Origin: Octopus sinensis
Taxonomy: Eukaryota
DNA length: 64,000 nt
Assembly: GCF_006345805.1 (NCBI RefSeq)
Contig: NC_043005.1
Coordinates: 50,158,001-50,222,000, forward strand
Direction: 5' to 3'
Shown here piece by piece: positions 52,691-63,799 of the stretch. Numbering within the stretch: position 1 is the first letter of the stretch; each line of letters opens with the position of its first letter. The notes beneath the pieces were generated by a model that did not search any database, was not told the origin of the DNA, and saw only the letters and a list, made by a program, of their open reading frames with translations. The position numbers and the translations under genes were made by a program.

Positions 52691-53074
52691 GAAATGTTAA
52701 TATAAGAAATAATCAACTCAAATGCCATCCATCACATACTTCTTTGAGGAGACTGCACCCATCCTAATGTGGAATGGCCTGATAATAATTCTTTCTACTA
52801 TGGTGCTGAAATTACATTGACCCCAGTGCTTGAATGGTACTTGTTTTATTGACCTCAAAAGGGTCAAAGGCAAAGTTGACTATGGCGGAATTTGAACCCA
52901 GAACTTAAAATAGCAATAATGAAAATAATATTTCTTCCTAATTTTTGCACAAGGTTAGAAATTTGGGGGCTGGTGGCTAGTTGATTACATCTACCCCAGT
53001 ACTATTTCATCTACCCCCTGAAAGGATAAAAGGCAAAGTCAACTTCAGTGATATTTGAACTCAGAATGTAAAGA

Positions 53075-53246
53075 GGACACAGGAGTGGCTGTGTGGTAAG
53101 TAGCTTGCTTATCAACCACATGGTTCCGAGTTCATTACCACTGCATGGCACCTTGGGCAAGTGTCTTCTACTATAGTCTCGGGCTGACCAAAGCCTTGTA
53201 AGTGGATTTGGTAGACAAAAACTGAAAGAAGTTCATCATGTATATG

Positions 53247-53280
<34 letters not shown>

Positions 53281-53500
53281 CATGTATATGTTTGTGTCTC
53301 GGTGTTTGTCCCCACAACATCGCTTGACAACCGAGGGTGGTGTGTTTACGTTCCCATAACTTAGCGGTTTGGCAAAAGAGACTGATAGAATAAGTACTAG
53401 GCTTACAAAGAATAAGTCCTGCGGTTTATTTGCTTGACTAAAGGCGGTGCTCCAGCATGGCCACAGTCAAATGACTGAAACAAGTAAAAGAGAAAAGAGA
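53075..53500 (+). mobile_element. SINE family A, full-length
   Basis: Homologous to 15163-15572. Confidence 0.85.
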
Positions 53501-53974
53501 AAGAGGATAGAATAACCGCTACTAAGCAGTTTGCCCAGCTCTTTAATGATTCTGCCAGCTCACTGCCTGATGATGATGATGATGATGATGATGGTCTTTA
53601 TTAGCCAATTAAGATGATTAAAAGTGAAAAGGTAAAAAAACTATAAATAAAAATTTTCAAAAAGAATGGGGAAGAAAACAAAATAAAAATGATAAAGCAT
53701 TTGTAATTCTCGGAAATAAAACTACATTTTTGTAAATATGCCAAAATTTGGTGTAAAAATAAAAGACGTTCTCTGTGTGGAAAGTGAAAGGAAAGGGACG
53801 TGGAACAAATGCTTTAAATTGTGTTACAAATATGTTATATATGTTTTATTCTAATGATTTAAGTTGAGACATATCCAACAGTAGACAGTGGAAATAGCTG
53901 TATACAAACTGAAAAAACCATATTTTCATATCTGAGTATCTATTGATTTTTTTGTTTCTTTCCTTTCTTTGTAG

Positions 53975-54040
53975 AGTCTCAACAGCCTGAAATTCTAGGG
54001 TGCTGGATGGACTGCTGGCTTTAGATGAATGGGACTTTGG
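53975..54040 (+). CDS. Candidate 66-nt exon (phase 1-1), best splice signals in the window
   Basis: Acceptor 'tttttttgtttctttcctttctttgtag|' and donor '|gtaagc'. The only open frame reads xSQQPEILGCWMGLLALDEWDFx. Confidence 0.45.
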
Positions 54041-54129
54041 TAAGCCATATCTATGTGCTTACAAAATAAAATTAAAAAAATAAGAAGAAACAGATATTGT
54101 GTCATTAACCAGCTGGAGGAAGTGTCTTC

Positions 54130-54680
54130 ATCTTCATCACATCATCATCATCATCATCATCGTTTAACGTCCGCTTTCCATGCTAGCATGGGTTGGACGA
54201 TTTGACTGAGGGCTGGCGAATCAGATGGCTGCACCAAGCTCCAATCTTGATCTGGCAGAGTTTCTACAGTTGGATGCCCTTCCTAATGCCAACCACTCCG
54301 AAAGTGCAGTGGGAGCTTTTACATGCCACCAGCATGGGGGCCAGCCAGGCGGTACTGGCAATGACCTCACTCGAATCTTTTTACACATGCCACCAGCACA
54401 GGTGCCAGTAAGGCGATGCTGGTAATGATCACGCTCGAATGGTGCCCTTTTACGTGCCACCGGCATAGATGCCAGTTAGCTGCTCTTGCAACGATCATGC
54501 TCAGATGGTACTCTTGGCACCCTACTAGCATGGGGCACAAATGCCAGTAAGGTGATGCTGGTAACGATCACACTTGAATGGTGCCTTTTATATGCCACTG
54601 GCATGAAAACTGGTTAGCCGCTCTGTCAGCGATCACACTTGTATGGTGCTCTTTACACCCCGCTAGCACAGATCCTAGGG
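54130..54680 (-). mobile_element. RTE-type LINE 3' UTR fragment
   Basis: (CAT)n, then 'cgtttaacgtccgctttccatgctagc...' and multiple 'tttacgtgccacc' units. Confidence 0.8.
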
Positions 54681-55054
54681 TTAAAAACATTAGTAGCATT
54701 GTTCTATGTAGAACAATCATGTTGGGGAGGTAACAACCAATACTTTTCAGTGGGGTTACTACTTACAACTCTTATAGAGGTTTTAGAACTAGCAACTTTG
54801 CTTGTGGCATGATCAGCGGTTGTGTGTCGCTTATTTATTTATATTTTGCGAACTGGGATGAACTGCCATTTCTAGCAGACAGGTGTACCAGTACTGAGGA
54901 AGAGTGAGACCCTGAAACCAACTGTTCTACTGATCCTGTAACTGTTTGATGGGAGTTGTCCACTCCCTTGTTTGCAATATATCGGACACAGATATTGTGT
55001 CATTAACCAGCTGGAGGAGGTATCCTCTTGGGGTTAAAAAGTGCAGTAACATTG

Positions 55055-55390
55055 TCATTTGATGTTGGTTCTTCGTTCCAGCTTCTTGTCCATGTCAAAA
55101 TCACAGACTGCAGTGTACACATGACTGCAAAAACACAAATTTCTTAACTTGCAAAATAAACACTGCAATGTCACTTGGCGCAACTGCCTCATAAAGGTCA
55201 CTGCTAACTCTCATTGTGCCCTCATTAAGGTCACTGCTAACTCTCACTGCACCCTCATAAAGGTCACTGCTAACTCTCACTACACCCTCATTGAGGTCAC
55301 TGCTAACTCTCACTGCACACTAAAACTTGGGTGAATAAGTTATTTTTATTAAACATAACTAGTCCAGGAACTTTTTGGAATCACCTTGTA
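55055..55390 (-). mobile_element. 5' end of a mariner element (TIR, leader, truncated transposase start)
   Basis: 'ta-caaggtgattccaaaaagttcctggactagtt' is mariner-TIR-like. ATG at 55093 encodes MDKKLERRTNIK*, resembling mariner N-termini (xxEQRxxIKF). Confidence 0.65.
55187..55318. repeat. 4 x 33-bp minisatellite inside the mariner leader
   Basis: Units start at 55187, 55220, 55253 and 55286: cctcat(a/t)(a/g)aggtcactgctaactctca(c/t)t... Confidence 0.9.
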
Positions 55391-55719
55391 CATCTAAAGA
55401 AAAATTTTTCATTAACCTCTAAAATACTACAGTGGACCCCACTCCAAATTCTTATATGAACCCCAGGGGTCACTGTTTTAAAGTCACATCCTGAAGGATG
55501 CACCACCACCATGTTAAGAACTGCTACTATGCACTATTTGTCTTGTATCTTTTAATTTATCTTTTACTTGTTTCGGTCATTTGATTATGGCCATGCTGGG
55601 GCATAGTCAAAAGATTGGACTCCAGTACTTTTTTTTATGTCTATTTGTATTTATATAACAATACAATAATTGTCATCATTACTATTGTCATAGTCGTCTT
55701 ATGCTGTCAATGTCACCAC

Positions 55720-56014
55720 CACCACCACCACCACCACTACCACCACCACCACCACTACCACCACCACCACCACCACCACCACCACCATCATCATCATTGT
55801 TGTCATCATCATCACTACCACCATTATCCTCACCATCTTCATTATGACCGATATATTCTAACTGATCATGATTAGTGCAACCACCATCACCATCACCTCT
55901 ACCATCACCACGTCATCATTAACTTATTATCCACCACCTGGCTACCACCACCACCACACCACCACCACCACCACCACCATTTATTATCAACAGCATGATC
56001 ATGATCACCATCAG

Positions 56015-56050
<36 letters not shown>

Positions 56051-56080
56051 AATTATCCTCATCATAATTATCATCATTAG
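55720..56080. repeat. (CAC)n/(CAT)n trinucleotide block
   Basis: Seen directly. Confidence 0.9.
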
Positions 56081-56249
56081 AATCAGAATCAGCATCTTCA
56101 GTCCAATTCTCATTATTTTATTTAATTAATTAATATCTATCTTCTTTATTTTAAATATTCTTTCTACCACTTCCTATCCACTCACCCACCGACCCACTTT
56201 CTTCATTCTAAGAAACATTGCAATTGTTAATTGTTTACAAAGTAGAATT

Positions 56250-56750
56250 ACATGTGGCTGTGTGGTAAGAAGTTTGCTCCCCAACCATATAGTTCTGAGT
56301 TCAGTCCTACTACATGGTACCTTGGGCAAGTGTCTTCTACTATAGCCTTGGACTGACCAAAGCATTGATTAGATTTGGTTGATGGAACCTGAAAGAAGCT
56401 CATCATATACATATATATATATCATCATCATCATCATCGTTTAGCGTCCGCTTTCCATGCTGGCATGGGTTGGATGGTTCAACTGGGGTCTGGGAAGCCA
56501 GGAGGCTGCACCAGGCCCAGTCTGATCCGGCAATGTTTCTATGGCTGGATGCCCTTCCTAATGCCAACCACTCCATGAGTGTAGTGGGTGCTTTTTACGT
56601 GCCAGGCGAGGCTGGCAATGGCCTTGATCAGATGGTGCTTTTTATGTGCCACTGGCACGGAGGCAGTCGGGGCGGCACTGGCAATAGCCACGTTCAGTTG
56701 GTTCTCTTATGTGCCACCGACATTGGTATCACAGCTACAATTTCCATTTA
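56250..56750. mobile_element. SINE A 5' half (+) followed by an RTE 3' fragment (-)
   Basis: Family motifs as above. Confidence 0.75.
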
Positions 56751-57359
56751 TATAAATATATATATATATACTTACAAGTGTTCAATGTGGCCATGTATTA
56801 TTTAAAAAAAAACACTACAACTACCATATGTACTGCAACCAGAATCTTCTGTCTCCAGCGCTGGCTCTCTCCCCCTCTCCCACTCTACTTCATCATCATA
56901 GACAAATAACAGCATTTTCGCGGTTCGCTTAGTTATAGATTTAGTGTCTGAGCCTAGACAAAGAATCTCTTCTGTACACATAACAATCTTTCATTTCATG
57001 TAGCTGCAACACCGTCACATGTATATTTTTATATTTTTATATTTTTGTTTGTTTGCTTCGGAAATGAAGATGGAATTACTGGATAATGGTAAAAAAAAAC
57101 TGTGTAGTGTGATATGATGTCATGGGCTGTGGGAAGTGATGTGGAGTTTGGTACAGTGATGGTGAGCTGTGATGTGGTGTAGTTGTATATGATGTGGCCA
57201 ACATGATGGAATCTTGATGTGATGTGCTGGAGTATTGATGTGGTTTTTTGGAGGGTGGGAATGTTGATATATTGTGGAGGGTGTTGTGATACAGTATAGT
57301 GAAATGACAGGGTAGAGTATGTATGTATGTATGTATTATGTATGTATCTTCTATCTATC

Positions 57360-57403
<44 letters not shown>

Positions 57404-57481
57404 ATATATATATATAATATATTTACTATGGAATTCGTCCATAACTTACAAAGCCTTCCGCTATGTTTACAATATTATATG

Positions 57482-57525
<44 letters not shown>

Positions 57526-57536
57526 TATATATATAT

Positions 57537-57586
<50 letters not shown>

Positions 57587-57680
57587 TATGTATATATATA
57601 TCATTATATTAATTCCTAACACATTTTTATTTCTCTCACTGTGTTTTCATTCTCTCACCATTTTTTTTTTTCTCTCGTCC

Positions 57681-57770
57681 CTATCTGTCAAAAAGCGTAG
57701 GCTTGAAATGTCAAAGACTTTTCCATTCTTTCTGAGCAACAAACTAAACTGTCATCGTTTTATGTTTTCT
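57681..57770 (+). mobile_element. Penelope-like terminal repeat with minimal HHR (CUGU family)
   Basis: ctat-CUGUCAA-a-aagc-gtag-gctt-GAAA-tgt-c-aaag. Confidence 0.6.
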
Positions 57771-57977
57771 GTACATTTGAAATATATATATATATAAACA
57801 TTAAAGGCACAACATTGTTACGTCTTTTGGATGATAACTAATGAGGAACCAGCTATGTTGTATATGGGAATTTTCAATTTGTTGTGTTTCTAATAAAGTT
57901 TTGGAACATGATATATATGTGTGTGTATTATAAATTATATACATATGTGTGTGTGTGCGTATATATATATATATATA

Positions 57978-58864
57978 TGTGGAGGACTTTTCCACATGGA
58001 GCCAGAAACCATTGGTTGCCTTGCTAATCCACAAGCTAAAATATATATATATACGCACACACACACACATATATATTATATATATATATATATTGTTGCT
58101 ATTATGTTAAACTGTCCTATGTTCGAATTTGTGTTTTTTTCAATATTCATTTTTGCTTGCAATAGCTGATTCTTTTGGTCAAACTATTGTATCTCCAGCT
58201 TCTTCAGATACCAAGATATGAAAAATAATACAACAGTTTTGCTATGGAATTGTGAAACTATTTTTTTCTTTCTGAAAAAGCAACGTTGTGGACTTATAAC
58301 ACATTTGCAATATAGCAATGATGTTCATTTATTCTTTTGTTTGTCTTACTCAGTTGACTGCGGCCATGCTGGAGCAGAGCCTTTAGTTGAACAATTTGAC
58401 CCCAGGACTTATTCTTTGTAAAGCCTAGTACTTATTATATCGGACTCTTTGTTCCTGCCTTTAGGCTTTTACTTCATATATGCCAGCTCAATTTGATTCA
58501 TTCTCAGTCGAAAGACACCTGTTGTTATTTCTTGTTTTTTGTATTCGTAATTGTGTACCATGTTCTCCATTTTTTGGTTGTTTTATTGTCTTTGTTGTTA
58601 TACACATTCACTAGCTTTCTTACAGAGGGATCTAATTCTCTTAGCTTAGACATTTTTGGGGGCAACCAGATCGAACCATCTCAAGTGTAACTGCTCAAAA
58701 TGGTCGTGACTTCTGGAACTTGACTGAGGAAAGAAAGCCACAAATGACCCGCCTTTTTTTGCTTGTCCTTCTAATTGTTATTTCTCTTGTCTGCCTTTGT
58801 ATCATCTATCTGTCCGAATGTTTTAATGTCCTCTATTGCATTTTTGTTCCATTTTTATACATAC

Positions 58865-58908
<44 letters not shown>

Positions 58909-59131
58909 GAATTTGTTGACATACTGTGGAGTATTGGAGTGTAGGGTAGTCATATTCTGGAGTGTTAAAGTGGTAAGGTGGCAGAATTATTAGCATGCTA
59001 AGTAAAATTCTTAGCCCCATTTTGTCTATTTTTATGTTCTGAGTTCAAATTCGGTCAGGAATTTTTTTTTAAACTTGTGGATTAGCAAGGCAACCAATGG
59101 TTTCTGGCTCCACGTGGAAGAGTCCTCCACA
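57978..59131. mobile_element. 58-bp inverted repeat pair bracketing ~1.15 kb
   Basis: 57978-58035 versus 59074-59131, 56/58 identical as reverse complements. Confidence 0.7.
58093..58320. mobile_element. TA-flanked MITE, copy 2
   Basis: Reverse complement of 16440-16687. Confidence 0.7.
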
Positions 59132-59344
59132 ATTATTTAAGCAAATTACTTGGGAATGAAGTATATTTCTGTTTCGGAGACATGTACCATCATTTTCTCT
59201 TTTAACAAATCTTCTTCCAATCCAATTTTATCTTCTTTCCTGTCAAATATCACACCAACCACAAACCAGTTTCCCCCTTTCTCTGTAAATGTTTCAACAT
59301 CTGCCTGTCTGTCGGCTTGATTGTCTACTTGTCTGTCTGTCTAC

Positions 59345-59444
59345 NNNNNNNNNNNNNNNNNNNNNNNNNNNNNNNNNNNNNNNNNNNNNNNNNNNNNNNN
59401 NNNNNNNNNNNNNNNNNNNNNNNNNNNNNNNNNNNNNNNNNNNN
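59345..59444. other. Assembly gap (100 N)
   Basis: Run of N. Confidence 1.
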
Positions 59445-59907
59445 TCTGCCAATTCACCCAGTTATGCACAAACAGTAGAATTCAAGGGAGCTAATGAAGA
59501 TTTGTGTTGGCAAACATTCAGATAATGGAACAAATGCTGTTCTGTGAGAAGGAATATTAATGTTTTACATAGAACCCTCCGTCAGACTGAATGGCAAGAA
59601 TAGCAAGGAAATATCTGTAAGTTGGTGCAATTGGACAAATTTCATTGGATACTTCATTAAAAGAGAACTAGGTGTTTGGTTTTCATGGAGTTGTTTAACT
59701 TTTTCACCAACATACATGTACACACATGAGAGTACACATGAAGTTTGGAATCATGCAACACCATAAATTACTTTTATAATGTGGGTCCGCTTTTAGAGAG
59801 GTATGTGTGAGTTGATGACAGTATGTGTGTGTGAATGCTCGTGTGTATGTATACTGGCAATAAGATAGCAGGTCACTTCATCTGCCAGCAGAACTGTCCA
59901 ATTGGAT

Positions 59908-60220
59908 CATCATCATCATCATCATCATCATTGTTTACCATCCACTTTTCATGCTAGCATGGGTTGGACAATTTGACTGAGGACTGGCAAACCAGATGGC
60001 TGCACCAGGCTCCAATCTTGAACTGGTAGAGTTTCTATAGCTTGATGCCCTTCCTAATGCCAACCAATCCGAGAGTGTAGTGGGTGCTTTTACGTGCCAC
60101 TGGCACAAGGGCCAGTCAGTTGATACTGGCATCGGCCACGCTCAAATGGTGTTGTTTACGTGCCACCTGTACAGGAGCCAGTCCAGTGGCACTGGCAACG
60201 ACCTCCTTTGAATGCTTTTT
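59908..60220 (-). mobile_element. RTE-type 3' UTR fragment fused to U6
   Basis: Same tail as 1-486; its 5' end abuts the U6 oligo-U. Confidence 0.8.
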
Positions 60221-60324
60221 AAAAATATGGAACGCTTCATGAATTTGCAGGTCATCCTTGTGCAGGAGCCATGCTAATCTTTGTATCATTCCAATTTTAG
60301 AATATGTACCGCCATAGCTAGTAC
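60221..60324 (-). pseudogene. U6: Full-length U6 snRNA pseudogene
   Basis: Minus strand 'gtactagctatggcggtacatattctaaaattggaatgatacaaagattagcatggctcctgcacaaggatgacctgcaaattcatgaagcgttccatattttt' matches U6 end to end. The ACAGAGA box is damaged by a 3-nt deletion. Confidence 0.92.
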
Positions 60325-61429
60325 CAGTAATGGATAAGCATTCAGCTATACCATGGTAGCTTTTTGTATGTTTTCAGAGTTGTACAGGCGGTTAAATTAG
60401 TCCCAGGACTTGATTGATACTGTATTTTACTGACACCAGAAAGACGAAAGGCAAAGTTAGCTGCAGTGTGATGTGAACACAGAATGCAAAAAACTACCCC
60501 AAAACTACAAATATTGTAAGCATTTTATCTAGTCTCTTTCACATCTAAATTATATATAAAATCTTTTATTTTGTCACAGTTTTGTTTTTATATACATTTA
60601 ATGCTATCTTTGCAACTCTCTTGTGTATATCTTATTGTTTTATAATGTCATTATCAAAAGATGAGAGGACATCCGTTGTACCAAAAATGTCACATTATAA
60701 CAAATCAATCGTAGAAATCTTCAGTATGTGGAAACAAGAAATAAATCTAAACCCTCCTAGCCATGTCATCATCATTCACAAAACTTTCAAACAATTTTAA
60801 AGTGTAGACGTGTTTGAAGACCTGTATCAGACTGGAAGATCAAACTGTTTCAGCGGAACATGATAATCTGTTTATTATTCATTTTATACAAGATCTATAC
60901 AGTTCAATAATGACAAGCTTCAAAGGTGCTCTCTGTCTCCGGTAGCTCTATTTGAAAGTACCTAAAATCTAGTGGTATGAAATATTTTCATTCTTTATGA
61001 AATGATCTGAAGATGTTAAAAGTTTAAATCTGGTGATCTGTAAACATGTTATTGACTGCAAAGCCACCAGTGACAGAAACTACTCAAAGAAGTTTTTATT
61101 CAGTAATAAAGAGACTCTTCTTATTGGAGTTATTATCAACCAGCTTTGATTATTGATTACGAGGTTATGAAAATGCTCACAAAATAATTAATTGTTGCTA
61201 CCTATCACGAAAAATTACTGTTGGGGTATGCTACTCAATACGGCACCATTTTGCCTGTTTGTAGCAAATGCTAGCCACACACATACAAACACACACACTC
61301 ACACATGTACACAGACTCTTCTTTTGTCTCTCCATCCCCTTTCCAAGTACAACATGAACATCGGGATTAACTAGAAGACAGACAAATTTAGAGCAGATCT
61401 GGAAGAGAGAAAGATCTGGTCGAGAGAGA

Positions 61430-62275
61430 GAGAAAGAGAGAGCATGATGTCATGAATGACACTAAAATGACTTTGACAAAAAACAGATCGTTTAACTGGC
61501 TGATCAATTGACTAATAATAAAGATGTGAAATTGAACCAGTGTGTGTTTATTATTGGTGTTATGACCCTCCCAACATACAACACAATTTGTTTCAATACT
61601 CGAGTCCCCATCAAGAATCTGGCAAGCCAAATATACAAACAAAAAACAAACAAACAAAATAAAACAAAACAAAATAACAACTCAAAGTTTCAGAAAGAGA
61701 GCATGTCAGTGATGAGATAATGAATGATACCAAAAGGACTTTGACAAACAACTGATAGATCATTTAACCCACTGATCAAGCAAGCAATTGATTAGTTGGT
61801 TGGTTAAATAACTACCTAATGGACGAATAACAAAGATATAAAATTGAACCAGTGAGTGTGTTTATTATTGGTGTTATGACCCTACCAGCATACAACAAAA
61901 TTTGTTTCAACATTAAAAATCTGGCAAGCAAAATATGCAAAAAAAAAATGTTACAAAAACATTCGAAATAGCTATGCAATGTTTCAGAAAGAGAGCATAT
62001 CTGTGATGAGACCTCAGATGACACCAAAAAGGCATTGACAAACAACTGATAGATACTTTAACGACTGAGTGATCGATTAGTTGGTTGGTTAAGTAACTAT
62101 CTAGTTGACTAATAATAAAGAAGTGAAATCAAATTGGTGCATGTGTTTATTATTGGTGTAATAACCCTCCCAAAATACAACAAAATTTGTTTCAATACAT
62201 GAGTCCACATCATGAATCTGGCAAGCCGATTTTGACTAAAAAAACGAAATAACTATGCAAAGGTTCAGAAAAAAT
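61430..62275. repeat. Three diverged tandem units of ~260-295 bp
   Basis: 'gaaagagagcat'-type starts near 61433, 61693 and 61986; conserved core 'gtgtttattattggtgt.at.accct.cca.catacaaca.aatttgtttcaa'. Confidence 0.85.
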
Positions 62276-62322
62276 ATTTTGATGCCAGACATGTAAAGGA
62301 AAAGGATGTTTTTGATCATTAC

Positions 62323-62471
62323 TCTACAACAAAGTGCACTTCCACAATGGGTCTGAAATGCACAGTTTGCTAGATGTTTATTGGACAGAGAGGGACCAAT
62401 TTTTTGTGACCCGAAACTCTCTTGGATTTCTTTTGTGGAACTATCATCAGAACTGTAATCACAGATATTGG
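62323..62471 (-). CDS. Candidate internal exon (phase 1 to 0), product unknown
   Basis: Acceptor 'cttcactgattctttgcatcaaatag|', 149 nt reading xNICDYSSDDSSTKEIQESFGSQKIGPSLSNKHLANCAFQTHCGSALCCR, donor '|gtaatg'. Confidence 0.3.
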
Positions 62472-62907
62472 CTATTTGATGCAAAGAATCAGTGAAGTGA
62501 TGAAAATTCAAACCACAGCGTTCTTGAATTCAGTTTTTGAAAAAAGACAGAAAATAAAATAATATCGGTTATGGATTGAGAATAGTGGCGGACATTTTGA
62601 ATACTTTATTAAATAAAGTAGCATTTACTGTTGTTTTTTTTTAATTAAAAAAATATGTATTCTCCTTGCTGCCTTCATTCCTACTTGCATTAAGCAATAT
62701 TAAAATGCGAAAGAGATTTTTAAAAGACTCTTGTGAGTCTGTCTATTGACTGTCTGCCTCTCTCTCTCACTCTCGATATATATATATATATGTGTGTACG
62801 TGTGTGTATGTATACATACACATATATATACGCATATGTACACATATATAGGCAATCTGATGAGAGTTAAAAGAATTATATATGGTTATATATATGATAA
62901 TATATAT

Positions 62908-62959
<52 letters not shown>

Positions 62960-63004
62960 CTGTTTGTTGTTTATCCAGTTGGAATTTACAAAAAGAAAAC
63001 AAAA

Positions 63005-63094
63005 AAACAAAAGATGAAGACGGGTGTGTAAACAACAAACAGATGTATTAATTCAACACTCGGCAAGTGTTTTTTATACACCTGTCATCGTCTT

Positions 63095-63095
<1 letters not shown>
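63005..63095 (-). mobile_element. Partial copy of the CUGU-HHR repeat family with a short inverted end
   Basis: 'acaacaaacagatgtatta.tt.aa..ctcgg.aagtg' is shared with 49880-49925; gatgaagacgggtgtgtaaa pairs imperfectly with tttatacacctgtcatcgtc. Confidence 0.6.
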
Positions 63096-63151
<56 letters not shown>

Positions 63152-63250
63152 GTATATATATATATAATGTATATATATAGATATGTATGTATCTATATCT
63201 ATCTATATATATATGTATGTATACATATAATATTTATATCTATATCTATC

Positions 63251-63286
<36 letters not shown>

Positions 63287-63799
63287 ATATATATAATATA
63301 TATTATATATATAAACACATGTATATACATGCATGCATACAACTATGCATGCAGATATGCACGCACACACACACACACACACATACACACACATGCACAT
63401 GCATACAATTACACTCATTCACCGCAAGAAAGCAAACAAGATCATAAGCAATCTACTTTGATTACGCTGCTAATAAAAATTGATGCACATCAGAATATAA
63501 ATGTGCATGCATGCAAAATTGCACTTCACACTTTCCACACTTCACACTGATTACTTAGGTGCAGGTGCTCAGTACTATATCCGCATTGATGTATTCGAAG
63601 AAAATTGCAAGCTGGAGGTTTTGCTGAAATGATACTCTTAAATTTTTTTCTCAAATAAAATCCTGGAAAGTTAAAAGTGAGTGAGTGAATCTTGAGTGTT
63701 TGTGTGGATTCCTGGATTTGCGTTGCACCAATTACTGTTCATACGATCTCTCCACCCACTCCCCTCTCTTTCTGTATCTATGTATATATGTGTGCGTGT

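Noticed and set aside
55187-55318. 33-bp repeats as a CRISPR array
   Set aside because: Contiguous tandem units with no spacers, in a eukaryotic context with no cas genes.
60808-61150. Coding-like unique stretch
   Set aside because: Only frames of about 47 codons or fewer, broken by stops, with weak splice sites; possibly a decayed transposase but not identifiable.
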